Shown here: positions 41,617-51,975 of the stretch, in pieces | Numbering within the stretch: position 1 is the first letter of the stretch | How the letters are laid out: each line of letters opens with the position of its first letter | Assembly: GCA_029882995.1 (NCBI GenBank) | Contig: JAOUJV010000003.1 | Coordinates: forward strand, 373 to 64,372 | Direction: 5' to 3' | DNA length: 64,000 nucleotides | DNA from: Gammaproteobacteria bacterium | GTDB lineage: Bacteria > Pseudomonadota > Gammaproteobacteria > DAOVJZ01 | Made by a program: the position numbers and the translations under genes | The notes under the pieces: generated by a model | Told to the model about the DNA's origin: nothing | The model's input: only the letters and a program-made list of their open reading frames with translations | Database searches by the model: none

Positions 41617-43635
41617 ATGAACTTTGTTTTACAAAAAAAATATTTGATCCAACTTATTCTGGCTTGTTTCTGCTTCATACATACCAGTTTCATACTAGCC
41701 AGCTCACTGGAAGATGATTTTACCGGTGATATGCCAATCATTTTGAGTGCTACCCGTTTAGCACAACCGCAAAATGAAGCGCCGGTCGCCACCACAATTA
41801 TTGATCGGAAAATGATTGAGGCGATGGGTGTCACCGAAATTCCGGAAATTTTCAGAATGGTACCGGGTTTTCAGGTCGCCTTCTCTGACGGAACAATTCC
41901 TGTTGTTACTTACCATGGCCTGAGTGATGAATATGCACGACGCATGCAAATACTGATCGATGGACGTTCTGTTTACACACCCATGTTTGGCGGTCCTGAA
42001 TGGGCTGATTTGCCACTGGCAATTGAAGACATCGAACGCATCGAGGTCATCCGTGGCCCTAATGCGGTTACTTATGGCGCCAATTCATTCCAGGCTGTGA
42101 TCAATATCATTACACGCAGTGCAGCGGAAGAATATGGTCATACTGCAAAATTTATAAAAGGGAGCAAGGACACAAATCACACCTTTTACCGTTATGGTTT
42201 CCAGCATGAGAATATTAATACCCGTATCAGTTTCAGACACCAGGATGATCATGGTACCAAACTTGATTTCGGTGACCCTGCAAAAAAATTCATTGGCGAC
42301 AGCAAGATGGTCAACATGTTTACCCTGCGCTCGGATATTCAGATAGATAATAAGAACTCTTTTGAAGTCCATCTTGGTGGAACAGATAGCTGGATGGAAA
42401 AAGGCACTGGCGATCACTCTTATCGAAACTTTCATAAGAAACACTCCCAGAGGCATTACCAGTTGTTGCGATGGCGCAATATATCATCCACGAATAGTGA
42501 AACCACGATTCAATTTTTTCACAATTTTAATAAAACTGATGACACATGGCTTTCCAAAGATTTGACCCCTATAGGGCTTGCGGGAAAATATTTATTGAGA
42601 TCAGAAGACACTATAGATCAGCGCATTGATCTTGAAGGGCAACATATAGTTAATTTCAATAAAAATAATCGACTGGTATTTGGAGCTAGCATAAGGAAAG
42701 ATTCGGTCGAATCATATCCTTTTTTTACAACAAACAAAAAATTCAATAACTATATTTATCGGGTTTTTGGTAACAGTGAAAACAAATTTGGTAATCTTCT
42801 GATTAACACGGGGATGATGATTGAAAACAATTCAATCACCGACACTGACATTTCCCCCAGGATTGCGCTTAATTATCATGTGAATAAAAAACATACTCTA
42901 AGAACCAGCATTTCAAGAGCCTACCGAAACCCTGTTGTTTTTGAAGAGTTTGGCGACCATAGATATGTAACAACCGATGGAAGCACAACAAATTTCAACA
43001 TTTGGGCATCTGGTGGGTTAAGACCGGAATCTATACTATCAAAAGAGATAGGTTATATTTTCCAGGATACAGAAAATGGGTTGTTTTTAGATGCAAAACT
43101 CTTCAGAGATTCGATAAAAAACATTATAACCTTTGCGGACGATAGAGTTCCTCCAGCTGAGGATAATTATCCTATTGACCTTTTGGCTGAGGATATAAAA
43201 AACCTGAACTGGGCCAAGGTTGAAGGAATAGAAACACAGGTTAAATATACCCCTGACAAAAAAAATTACCTGATAGCTAACTATGCCTACATTAACGCAC
43301 AAAGTGATAATGTCAGTCTTGACGACGAAAATTATCTAAGTCGCAGTGTTCCAAAGCATAGTTTCAGCCTGTTTTTATCTCATAATTTTGGTAACAACTT
43401 TTCAAGCAGTCTTTCTTATTTTAAAGTCAATGGCATGAGTTATTTAGGATCTGGAGGACCAGTAAAAAATTATAACCGCGTTGACATGAGACTCGCCTAT
43501 GACAAAAGGCGCGGGAACTCCAATATAAAAACAGAATTATTTGTGCATAATATGTTAGGGCATCAATACTATGATTATGAAGAAGCGGCAGAGCATGTAA
43601 GACAGATTTTTGTGAAATTTACTCTTAAATTTTGA
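41617..43635 (+). CDS. TonB-dependent outer-membrane receptor (AT-rich gene)
   Basis: Signal peptide, a plug (ATRLAQPQNEAPVATTIIDRKMIE...IEVIRGPNAVTYGANSFQAVINIITR) and a C-terminal ...FVKFTLKF. Confidence 0.85.
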   Translation: MNFVLQKKYLIQLILACFCFIHTSFILASSLEDDFTGDMPIILSATRLAQPQNEAPVATTIIDRKMIEAMGVTEIPEIFRMVPGFQVAFSDGTIPVVTYHGLSDEYARRMQILIDGRSVYTPMFGGPEWADLPLAIEDIERIEVIRGPNAVTYGANSFQAVINIITRSAAEEYGHTAKFIKGSKDTNHTFYRYGFQHENINTRISFRHQDDHGTKLDFGDPAKKFIGDSKMVNMFTLRSDIQIDNKNSFEVHLGGTDSWMEKGTGDHSYRNFHKKHSQRHYQLLRWRNISSTNSETTIQFFHNFNKTDDTWLSKDLTPIGLAGKYLLRSEDTIDQRIDLEGQHIVNFNKNNRLVFGASIRKDSVESYPFFTTNKKFNNYIYRVFGNSENKFGNLLINTGMMIENNSITDTDISPRIALNYHVNKKHTLRTSISRAYRNPVVFEEFGDHRYVTTDGSTTNFNIWASGGLRPESILSKEIGYIFQDTENGLFLDAKLFRDSIKNIITFADDRVPPAEDNYPIDLLAEDIKNLNWAKVEGIETQVKYTPDKKNYLIANYAYINAQSDNVSLDDENYLSRSVPKHSFSLFLSHNFGNNFSSSLSYFKVNGMSYLGSGGPVKNYNRVDMRLAYDKRRGNSNIKTELFVHNMLGHQYYDYEEAAEHVRQIFVKFTLKF

Positions 43636-43645
43636 ATTAAAATAA

Positions 43646-44602
43646 ATGGTAGTAGTATTTAAACATAAAACAGGATTTATTTATCCCCGCATAATACGGT
43701 ATGCGGCAATGATTTCTCTTTATGTTTTATCCGGCCTATTCTTCACTGCTCACGCAGATAATGATTTCATAATCACATACGTAATATCTGATGACAGAGA
43801 AATATACAATGAATTTATTCACAAAATTAATCATAAGAAATATTCCGTATTAAATGTTGAGCATTTTTCTTCCAAGACACTTGAAACCTTAAATACTGAT
43901 CTATTCATTACTATTGGTGCAAAAGCAACCAGAAAGGTAATGGAAAGCTCAAAGAACAAGAATTTACTGGCCCTTTTTATAACAAAAACAAACTATCTGG
44001 ATATTTCAAAGAAATTTAATCGTAAGTTTAGTGCCATTTTTATTGATCAGCCTGTTTCACGGCAGTTAAGACTGATTAAATCTGCATTCAAAGAAAAAAC
44101 ACATATTGGCGTTGCTGTCAGCAATCAATCCAGAATGCATATCCCGGAACTTGTTGAGAGCGGTAATCACCTTGGCTTGAGGATTCATATTGAAACACTT
44201 CCTGATCCTGATAGTATTCACCATATCATCAGAAAGCTGGCTGATAATAATGACTTAATTCTGGCCATGCAAGATAGCAATCTCTATAACAAATATACGA
44301 TACAGAATATTCTGATGACAACTTATCATGCAAATATACCCCTTATCGGCTACTCCAGACCTTATGTACAGGCTGGTGCATTAATGAGTGTGTATACGTC
44401 TATTGATAATCTCGCCCTTCAAACTAATGAACTTATTAAACAGGTAATAAAGGGAATGAATTTACCTTCTCCTGATTACTGCAAGTATTATTCTATTGAA
44501 TTAAATCATCAGGTGGCTAATTCACTTGCAATAAATCTTGATGACAAATCAGTTTTATTAAAACGTCTAATCAACCTGGAAGACAGGTATCAACATGAAT
44601 AA
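43646..44602 (+). CDS. Periplasmic solute-binding-like protein (ABC-type periplasmic component fold), putative co-sensor
   Basis: 318 aa with an N-terminal hydrophobic segment. Two-lobed PBP-like organisation. Overlaps the downstream kinase by 8 nt. Confidence 0.5.
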   Translation: MVVVFKHKTGFIYPRIIRYAAMISLYVLSGLFFTAHADNDFIITYVISDDREIYNEFIHKINHKKYSVLNVEHFSSKTLETLNTDLFITIGAKATRKVMESSKNKNLLALFITKTNYLDISKKFNRKFSAIFIDQPVSRQLRLIKSAFKEKTHIGVAVSNQSRMHIPELVESGNHLGLRIHIETLPDPDSIHHIIRKLADNNDLILAMQDSNLYNKYTIQNILMTTYHANIPLIGYSRPYVQAGALMSVYTSIDNLALQTNELIKQVIKGMNLPSPDYCKYYSIELNHQVANSLAINLDDKSVLLKRLINLEDRYQHE

Positions 44603-47288
44603 GTGGGGGATCAAGACACAAGCTTTTATCCTTGCCCTCGTGCCAGCCATTATTATTGCCGTCTCGCTTTTGTCTTATTTTCTTTATTCGCAGATCAATC
44701 TAGTTAATAACAATCTTAATGAGCGCGGAGTCAGTATGGCAAGGCATCTGGCTTACGAGAGCCAGTATGGTATTTTTTCCGGCAACATACAGTCCTTGAA
44801 ACGACATACCGATGAACGCGTTCATGATGAAGATATACGTTCAATTATTATTCTGGATAAGGATAAACACATTCTTGTTAATAGTGGTTATACATCCGAT
44901 TCAGATTCAATATTAGAGAATATAGATGATGTTAATCATCAAGTCAGAGTTCCTTCCAGTAATTCCATTTTATTTATCTCACCAATAATTTCTCCGCAAC
45001 TTGATATTGACGAATTTGATGAAACTAACGCTAATATGAAAAAAATAATCGGTTGGTTGATGGTTGAGGTATCTCTTGATAGCACTGACAAACAAATCAG
45101 GACGGTTATTGCAAATACACTTTTAATAACGGCTCTTATAAGTATAATTTCCATTTTTCTGGCCATAATGATAAGCAGGAATGTAACTTTACCTATTCTC
45201 TCATTATCCAATATTGTTAAAAGTATTGGTGATGGCATCCTCTCATCACGTGCTGAAGAAAAATCAGGTGGTGAACTTCGAATACTTGAATCTGGTATTA
45301 ACAAGATGGCTGAAGATTTACAGGCATTACAGGAAAATCTGCAATCACAGGTAGACATGGCGACCACTGATCTGAAAGAAACACTTGAGCTTCTTCAAGA
45401 AAAGAATATCGAGCTTGAAGTTGCCAGAAAAGACGCCACAGAAGCCAATAAAATAAAATCCGAATTTCTTGCCAATATGAGTCATGAGATTCGCACCCCA
45501 ATTAATGGAATTATCGGGTTCGCGGACTTGATGCTTACCTCAACAAAAGATACAACTCAAATCAGTCATCTTGACATGATAAAGAAATCATCAATGAATC
45601 TACTTGGGATAGTTGATGACATTCTTGATATGACAAGAATTGAGGCTGGAAAACTCAATATTAACAGTGAGCCACTGAATCTGAGAGACTGTGTTGAGCA
45701 GGTTGTTAAAATGATGGCTCCATTAGCGTTTAAAAAAGATCTTGAACTAAACCTGCTTTATTATTCTGATGTACCTGAAGAGTTTTACGGTGATTCTCTA
45801 CGTATCAACCAGATAATCACCAATCTTGTAGGTAATGCTATCAAATTCACAGATACTGGTTCAGTAATAATTCGTATCATGATAGAAGAAGATGAGCAAG
45901 ACTTGTCAATGATAACATTTTCCATTAGTGATACAGGGAAAGGAATATCTGATGAACAAAAACATCACATATTCAAACCTTTCCTTCAAGGTGATAGTTC
46001 TACAACCAAACAGTATGGTGGCTCCGGACTCGGGCTTTCCATATGTAGCAGTCTTGTCAAAAAAATGGGTGGGAAACTGGGTCTTGATAGCAAGATAAAC
46101 AAAGGGGCGACCTTCTGGTTTACCCTGCCACTTACCAGAAATAACAACAAACCTCTATTTCATATTCCGGAAATACTTTCTGGTAAAAGAATATTCGTTT
46201 TTGACGCCAGCCCGATTTCCAGATTATCTATCAAACATTTGCTTGAAAAAGCCAATATTGATATTACAGATAACGGTGATGAGAAACATATACAGATTGC
46301 TCTAAAGGCTATCAATGCCAACCAGTATGATATCGTAATAATTTCATGTGAATTATCTGATATACCTTTTTTTGGAGAATCATTCTTTACCGGCGTTCGT
46401 AACAAAACCAAATTAAATATATTGGTTATAGCGCCTACAGTTGACAACTCGTTAATAAATACGATAAAGGATAATGGTGCTGATAACTGCATATCCAAAC
46501 CTGTAACAAGAAACCGGTTATATCGAGCACTTACAGATGTACTATACAACACCACCGTCATTGATAATTCCATACCCCCTCCACGACCACCTGCAAAACA
46601 CAATAAGTGCTCGCTAAACATACTCGTTGCAGAAGATAATGAAATCAATGCTAATCTGATGTCCGCTATTCTCGAAAAACATGGTGCGCAATGCAGTATT
46701 GCTGCTAATGGAAAAATAGCTCTTGATTTACTTTCCAGTCAGAAATTTGATCTGGTATTAATGGACATAAATATGCCTCTTCTTGATGGTGTTAGTACTG
46801 CAGTAGAAATACGTAACGACTGCTCCACCTACCAGTGTAAAATTCCGATTATTGCAGTTACTGCCAATGTAATAGATAAAGATAAGGAGCGTTTCTTAGA
46901 TGCTGGAATGAATGATGTTATCGTTAAGCCTGTCACAGAAAAATTAGTCTGGGGTACTATTAAAAAAATGGTGCAATGTGATTGTGAAATTAACGATCTC
47001 TTAACTGAAAATCTAGATGGCTTTATCCCTAATGATTTATACGACAAGGTTATATCAGAAATATCAGTACATAGTGCAGCAATAATATCTGCTTTAGAAC
47101 AAGATAATATGGAATTGCTTTTTAACCATACCCATAAACTGAATGGACTGTCTGCCCATTTCAATATCCCTTCCATTCGAGATGTTGCTGACAAACTGGA
47201 AACATTGATAAAGCACAATAAAGGGAAACCTGAACTTCAGATTCAGGTTGACAAATTACATACCGAAGTTGAAAAAATAAACAGCTAA
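44595..47288 (+). CDS. Hybrid sensor histidine kinase (unorthodox type: periplasmic domain, HAMP, HisKA, HATPase, pseudo-receiver, receiver, Hpt)
   Basis: Two transmembrane segments flank a periplasmic domain of about 140 aa. H-box ANMSHEIRTPINGIIGF and HATPase GGSGLGLSICSSLVKKMGG. The first receiver-like domain lacks the acceptor Asp (IVIISCELS), the second has it (LVLMDINMP). C-terminal Hpt motif HKLNGLSAHF. Confidence 0.85.
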   Translation: MNKWGIKTQAFILALVPAIIIAVSLLSYFLYSQINLVNNNLNERGVSMARHLAYESQYGIFSGNIQSLKRHTDERVHDEDIRSIIILDKDKHILVNSGYTSDSDSILENIDDVNHQVRVPSSNSILFISPIISPQLDIDEFDETNANMKKIIGWLMVEVSLDSTDKQIRTVIANTLLITALISIISIFLAIMISRNVTLPILSLSNIVKSIGDGILSSRAEEKSGGELRILESGINKMAEDLQALQENLQSQVDMATTDLKETLELLQEKNIELEVARKDATEANKIKSEFLANMSHEIRTPINGIIGFADLMLTSTKDTTQISHLDMIKKSSMNLLGIVDDILDMTRIEAGKLNINSEPLNLRDCVEQVVKMMAPLAFKKDLELNLLYYSDVPEEFYGDSLRINQIITNLVGNAIKFTDTGSVIIRIMIEEDEQDLSMITFSISDTGKGISDEQKHHIFKPFLQGDSSTTKQYGGSGLGLSICSSLVKKMGGKLGLDSKINKGATFWFTLPLTRNNNKPLFHIPEILSGKRIFVFDASPISRLSIKHLLEKANIDITDNGDEKHIQIALKAINANQYDIVIISCELSDIPFFGESFFTGVRNKTKLNILVIAPTVDNSLINTIKDNGADNCISKPVTRNRLYRALTDVLYNTTVIDNSIPPPRPPAKHNKCSLNILVAEDNEINANLMSAILEKHGAQCSIAANGKIALDLLSSQKFDLVLMDINMPLLDGVSTAVEIRNDCSTYQCKIPIIAVTANVIDKDKERFLDAGMNDVIVKPVTEKLVWGTIKKMVQCDCEINDLLTENLDGFIPNDLYDKVISEISVHSAAIISALEQDNMELLFNHTHKLNGLSAHFNIPSIRDVADKLETLIKHNKGKPELQIQVDKLHTEVEKINS

Positions 47289-47304
47289 AAACGATTGCCT
47301 CTAA

Positions 47305-47682
47305 TCAGGATTCCAGCGTGACAAATGCAACAGCATGATCCTGCTCATCAGCAATACTGATATGACTGACACTGATTCCGAATAATTCAACCAGTTCCCT
47401 CGCCTTGCCGGAAAACTCCAGTAACGGCTTTCCCTTGTCATCATGATTGACACCTATGTGACCAAGGCTTAATCCATCGCTGAATCCTGTACCCAATGCC
47501 TTGGCTGCCGCTTCTTTTGCTGCAAAGCGTTTTGCCAGAAAATGTTCAGGACGTTTTGATTGTGAAAAATCTTCCATTTCAGGTGTTGTCAAAATACGTC
47601 GCGCAAATTTATCGCCGTGCTTTTCGAAATTTTCACGCATCCTTTCAACCGAAACAATGTCTGTACCAATACCAAAAATCAT
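47305..47682 (-). CDS. acpS: Holo-[acyl-carrier-protein] synthase
   Basis: 125 aa: [10 protein letters not shown]...[12 protein letters not shown]. Confidence 0.9.
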   Translation of the reverse strand: MIFGIGTDIVSVERMRENFEKHGDKFARRILTTPEMEDFSQSKRPEHFLAKRFAAKEAAAKALGTGFSDGLSLGHIGVNHDDKGKPLLEFSGKARELVELFGISVSHISIADEQDHAVAFVTLES

Positions 47683-48410
47683 TTTCTTGCCTCTGTCATT
47701 AATCGTTTCATCTCGCTTACTGCATTATGAAATCCGGTAAACACTGCCTGTGCGACTATCGAATGTCCTATATTCAATTCTTTAATATCAGGTATTCCGG
47801 CAATAACATGAACATTTTCATAGTGCAGTCCGTGGCCAGCATTTACCTGAAGCCCCAACTCTGTTCCTTTTTTAACAGCAGATTTTATTTTTTCCAGCTC
47901 TTCATTCTGTGCTTTTCCTTGTGCATCGGCAAAGTGACCGGTATGTATTTCAATTACCGGAGCCCCTGCTTTTGCTGCTGCTTCAACCTGAGCCGGATCA
48001 GCATCAATAAATAATGACACTCGAACACCTGCTTCACCCAACCTGCTACAGGCATCACTGATTTTTTCCATTTGATTAACAACATCCAGCCCGCCTTCTG
48101 TTGTTAATTCTTCCCGACGTTCCGGTACCAGACAGCAATCAGACGGCTTGATTCGGGAAGCAATAGCAATCATTTCTTCCGTGACTGCCATCTCCAGATT
48201 CATTCGAGTATTTAACCTGTTAATCAGAATTTCTACATCCTTGTCCTGAATATGGCGTCTATCTTCACGCAGATGCAATGTAATACCGTCTGCACCCGCC
48301 CGTTCGGCTTCTATCGCCGCTTTAATAACATCAGGATACGGTGTGCCGCGTGCCTGTCTTAATGTGGCAACATGATCAATATTAACCCCCAACAGAATTT
48401 CATTATTCAT
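47679..48410 (-). CDS. pdxJ: Pyridoxine 5'-phosphate synthase
   Basis: 243 aa: [17 protein letters not shown]... Confidence 0.95.
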   Translation of the reverse strand: MNNEILLGVNIDHVATLRQARGTPYPDVIKAAIEAERAGADGITLHLREDRRHIQDKDVEILINRLNTRMNLEMAVTEEMIAIASRIKPSDCCLVPERREELTTEGGLDVVNQMEKISDACSRLGEAGVRVSLFIDADPAQVEAAAKAGAPVIEIHTGHFADAQGKAQNEELEKIKSAVKKGTELGLQVNAGHGLHYENVHVIAGIPDIKELNIGHSIVAQAVFTGFHNAVSEMKRLMTEARK

Positions 48411-49159
48411 GACGGGATATCCTCGATCACCGGTTTTCTTGTCTGTCTGTTAAGTGATTGATACATCAATCGGCTATTCAATGGTTTGCTTCCAAGCTGA
48501 ACATCCATAATTGCCCTGAGCAGTCTTTTTGCATTTTTCAGATCTTCCTTATCTTCAAACGACTCTTTTGACAATGCCAGTAAACTCTTGCCCGGTATAC
48601 TCATCCCTTTTAGATTATTTTCTCCGGCAACAATAAGTCCGTGTTCAGGAATATACTGGTACATCCTGTCAGACTTAATCCGTTCACCATTATCAGCATC
48701 CATATCCAGCACCAGACCATAACCGATTTCATTTAACAGTCTTTTTTCAAAAATTCTCAACATAACTTCTTCGTTATCTTCATTTAATTCTGTTAAAAAT
48801 CGTTCGTAAAAATAGAACAGTTCCGGATGCGCATCATTTCTGTGTAATAACCTTAACAGGATCTCATTCACATAAAGACAGCTCATGAGCATACGTCCCT
48901 GCTTTTGCGGTAAACGCATTCGCGGCTCAGCTGTTAACAAAGTATGCAATTCACCTCTTCCTGTCCATGATAATAACAGCGGTACCAGCGGCTGGATTAG
49001 TCCCTGATTTTTTGATTTTTTTCCCCTGACACCACGCACAACCAGACCAACTCGTCCAAATTCCGGTGTAAAGGCTTCCAGTAATAAACTCGTTTCACGA
49101 TACGGACGGGTATGCAAAATGTAACCACTCTGTGATTGGATGCTTGCCTTATAGCTCAT
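48407..49159 (-). CDS. recO: DNA repair protein RecO
   Basis: 250 aa: [20 protein letters not shown]. Sits in the era-recO-pdxJ synteny. Confidence 0.85.
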   Translation of the reverse strand: MSYKASIQSQSGYILHTRPYRETSLLLEAFTPEFGRVGLVVRGVRGKKSKNQGLIQPLVPLLLSWTGRGELHTLLTAEPRMRLPQKQGRMLMSCLYVNEILLRLLHRNDAHPELFYFYERFLTELNEDNEEVMLRIFEKRLLNEIGYGLVLDMDADNGERIKSDRMYQYIPEHGLIVAGENNLKGMSIPGKSLLALSKESFEDKEDLKNAKRLLRAIMDVQLGSKPLNSRLMYQSLNRQTRKPVIEDIPS

Positions 49160-50048
49160 CTTTATATACCAGACTTTTTAAAGCCCGTTCATCATTAGTC
49201 CAGCCTTCCTTGATTTTAACCCATAGTTTCAAATAAACGCGACAATCAAACAGCTTTTCCATGTCCTCACGTGCCGATGTGCCAATTCTTTTCAGCATTT
49301 CGCCCTGCTTGCCAATAACAATAGCCTTCTGCCCTGCTCGCTCTACCCAGATAATGGCTGAAATATTGGTAATCTTGTCTGTGACCTCAAATTTTTCTAT
49401 TTCAACTGCCAGTGAATAGGGGATTTCCTGTCCCAGCATGCGCATGAGTTTTTCACGGATTAATTCAGCCGCCAGAAAGCGCTCTGTTCTGTCAGTAACC
49501 TGTTCATCTGAATAATAGGCAATACTTTCGGGCAATAAATCACACACCGTTTTTTCAATCAGCTCAATATTGTCTTTGTTTCTCGCAGAAAGCGGAATTA
49601 CCGATGCGAAGTCTCTCTTGCTGGATAATTCATTGATAAGTGGCAGCAGTGCTTGTTTGTCCTTTATCTTGTCCATTTTATTGATAGCAAGCACCACCGG
49701 CACCTTGCATTCAGACAGGATAGACAACACCTGATCATCTTCCACATTCCATTTTTTTGCATCAATAAGGAAAATAACCAAATCAACATCATGGATAGTA
49801 CTGCCTGCAATTTTATTAAGCGCCTGATTGAGCGCGCTCTTTCCACCCTTATGCAGCCCCGGTGTATCAACATAAATAGCCTGACAATTGTTTTCTGTTT
49901 TTATACCCAGAATACGGTGCCGTGTAGTTTGTGCCTTGCGAGATGTGATACTGATCTTTTGGCCGAGAATTGCATTTAATAATGTCGATTTACCGGTGTT
50001 AGGTCGACCAATAATAGCGACATAACCACACTTCACTATTTCAGTCAT
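49149..50048 (-). CDS. era: GTPase Era
   Basis: GYVAIIGRPNTGKSTLLN, DTPG, NKMD and a C-terminal KH domain. Start placed at MTEIVKCG, overlapping rnc by 8 nt. Confidence 0.9.
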   Translation of the reverse strand: MTEIVKCGYVAIIGRPNTGKSTLLNAILGQKISITSRKAQTTRHRILGIKTENNCQAIYVDTPGLHKGGKSALNQALNKIAGSTIHDVDLVIFLIDAKKWNVEDDQVLSILSECKVPVVLAINKMDKIKDKQALLPLINELSSKRDFASVIPLSARNKDNIELIEKTVCDLLPESIAYYSDEQVTDRTERFLAAELIREKLMRMLGQEIPYSLAVEIEKFEVTDKITNISAIIWVERAGQKAIVIGKQGEMLKRIGTSAREDMEKLFDCRVYLKLWVKIKEGWTNDERALKSLVYKDEL

Positions 50049-50718
50049 TTTCAATTTTAGCCAGTGTTGATTGTGCTGCTTCCTGCTCTGCCTTGCGGCG
50101 ACTACTGCCTTCTCCAATAATTGTCATTTCAGGATCACTCAGACTACAGCTGACCTTGAATGCCTGCTTTGGCGGGTTACCGGTCACATCAATAATTTCA
50201 TATACCGGCAAGGCTTTTTGCCTTGCCTGTAAAAATTCCTGCAACCGGGTTTTGGGGTCTTTTAGATCATCAATTTCTGAAACGGCATTAATGCGATTTT
50301 TGTACATTCTGATAACAAGCTGCCAAACTGCATCAGTACCGCTATCCAGATAAACGGCACCAATGATGGCTTCCAGTGTATTAGCCAGTATTGATTCACG
50401 ACGAAAGCCACCACTTTTCAGCTCACCGGAACCAAGGTTGAGATAATCACCAATGGAAAGTTCACGTGCAATTTCAGCAAGCGTATCTCCGCGCACCAGA
50501 CTGGCGCGACGGCGGCTTAATTCACCTTCGTCAATATCAGGGAAGCGCTCATAGATTTCGGTTGAAATAACCAGTCCCAGCACTGAGTCTCCAATGAATT
50601 CCAGTCTTTCATTGTTTTTTTTACCCACACTGCGGTGGGTCAATGCCTGTTGCAGAAGTGCAGGTTCAGAGAACTGATAATCAAGACTGGCTTCCAGCTC
50701 CCGTGAATCCCTGTTCAA
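50041..50718 (-). CDS. rnc: Ribonuclease III
   Basis: ERLEFIGDSVLGLVI signature plus a dsRBD. Confidence 0.95.
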   Translation of the reverse strand: MNRDSRELEASLDYQFSEPALLQQALTHRSVGKKNNERLEFIGDSVLGLVISTEIYERFPDIDEGELSRRRASLVRGDTLAEIARELSIGDYLNLGSGELKSGGFRRESILANTLEAIIGAVYLDSGTDAVWQLVIRMYKNRINAVSEIDDLKDPKTRLQEFLQARQKALPVYEIIDVTGNPPKQAFKVSCSLSDPEMTIIGEGSSRRKAEQEAAQSTLAKIEND

Positions 50719-51102
50719 TCAACTTCCCTCAATACTGTATTTAAACTCGGCCACCAGACTCACGTTACCAATAAGGTTTTCACGTGCTTCGTAATCAACT
50801 GATACCGTCACATTACCACTACGAATTGTGATTTCAACATCTTCTCTGGTTACACGTTTAACATCATTAATGTCCAGTCGTTTGGATAACATGTCGTAAA
50901 TTTGTGCCTTGCTCTTGCCGCCGAGTGATTCCTTGGCCAATGAATCCATCGAAGTTTTAACACTAAAGTATTCTGAATACATGGGTGTCATCTTGAGCAC
51001 CACCAGTGCACTAAAACCAATAATAACCAGAATGAACAGCCATCCAATACCGGTAATCCCTTGTTGCTTATTAATGTTTTTCATTATTATTTTCCTCGGC
51101 AC
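50719..51102 (-). CDS. DUF4845-type small membrane protein between lepB and rnc
   Basis: 127 aa with a single transmembrane segment. This is the conserved position of this family in gammaproteobacteria. Confidence 0.6.
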   Translation of the reverse strand: MPRKIIMKNINKQQGITGIGWLFILVIIGFSALVVLKMTPMYSEYFSVKTSMDSLAKESLGGKSKAQIYDMLSKRLDINDVKRVTREDVEITIRSGNVTVSVDYEARENLIGNVSLVAEFKYSIEGS

Positions 51103-51144
51103 AATGTTGATTTGTCTATTTGGTTTACTTCGTAAATAACAGAT

Positions 51145-51975
51145 TTATTTAATATTAGTACCAATTCGGGACCACGCCACACCACCGTTGGCTGAATCCC
51201 AGTTCATCCAGATCATAAATGCCCGTCCTTTAAGGTATTTTTCTTCCAGAAATCCCCAGAAGCGACTATCGCGACTATTATCGCGATTATCTCCCATCAC
51301 AAAATACTGGCCTTGTGGCACGATCACTTCTCCCGGTACAGAAACCCCGTTGGGGATCACCAGAATTTTATGTTGTACACCGGTTATATCTTCTATCCGC
51401 TCACTTGCCCCTGACATGGATACACCGGAACCAACACCCTGATAGGATCCTATGACTTCCTGTTTTGCCGGTTCTCCATTTATATAAAGTGTCTTGTTAA
51501 TGTATTTCAGATGGTCACCTGGTAAACCCACAATACGTTTAATGTAATCCGTTGATGGATCTTCCGGATAACGGAATACCGCAACATCACCACGCTGAGG
51601 TGCGCCGGTATCCAGTATCTTGGTATTAGTGACCGGCAGGCGTACACCATAGGAAAACTTGTTGACCAGAATAAAATCCCCTACCAACAGGGTTGGCATC
51701 ATGGATCCGGAAGGAATACGAAAAGGCTCAATAATGAAAGAACGTAAAATGAGTACAATCAGGATTATTGGCATCAAGGCACGTGAATACTCGGCCAGTA
51801 CCGGCTCTCTGGCAATTTTCTGAATTTCTTCTTCAGATAAAGACTTGCCTGCCTTTTGTTCAGCTTCTTTAATTTTTGCACGTCGTGTCGGCGCAAATTT
51901 GGCTGAGTCTATTCCCCATATCACCCCCATTACAAAGACGGCGACAACCATTATTGTCTGAAAGTCAAAACTCAT
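51145..51975 (-). CDS. lepB: Signal peptidase I
   Basis: Catalytic motifs IPSGSMMPTL, VGDFILVNKFSYG and GDNRDNSRDSR. Confidence 0.95.
   Translation of the reverse strand: MSFDFQTIMVVAVFVMGVIWGIDSAKFAPTRRAKIKEAEQKAGKSLSEEEIQKIAREPVLAEYSRALMPIILIVLILRSFIIEPFRIPSGSMMPTLLVGDFILVNKFSYGVRLPVTNTKILDTGAPQRGDVAVFRYPEDPSTDYIKRIVGLPGDHLKYINKTLYINGEPAKQEVIGSYQGVGSGVSMSGASERIEDITGVQHKILVIPNGVSVPGEVIVPQGQYFVMGDNRDNSRDSRFWGFLEEKYLKGRAFMIWMNWDSANGGVAWSRIGTNIK

Noticed and set aside
50049-50117. Upstream extension of era (MEKAVVAARQSRKQHNQHWLKLK...)
   Set aside because: The extension lies entirely within the rnc coding sequence. The conserved Era N-terminus begins at MTEIVKCGYVAIIG.
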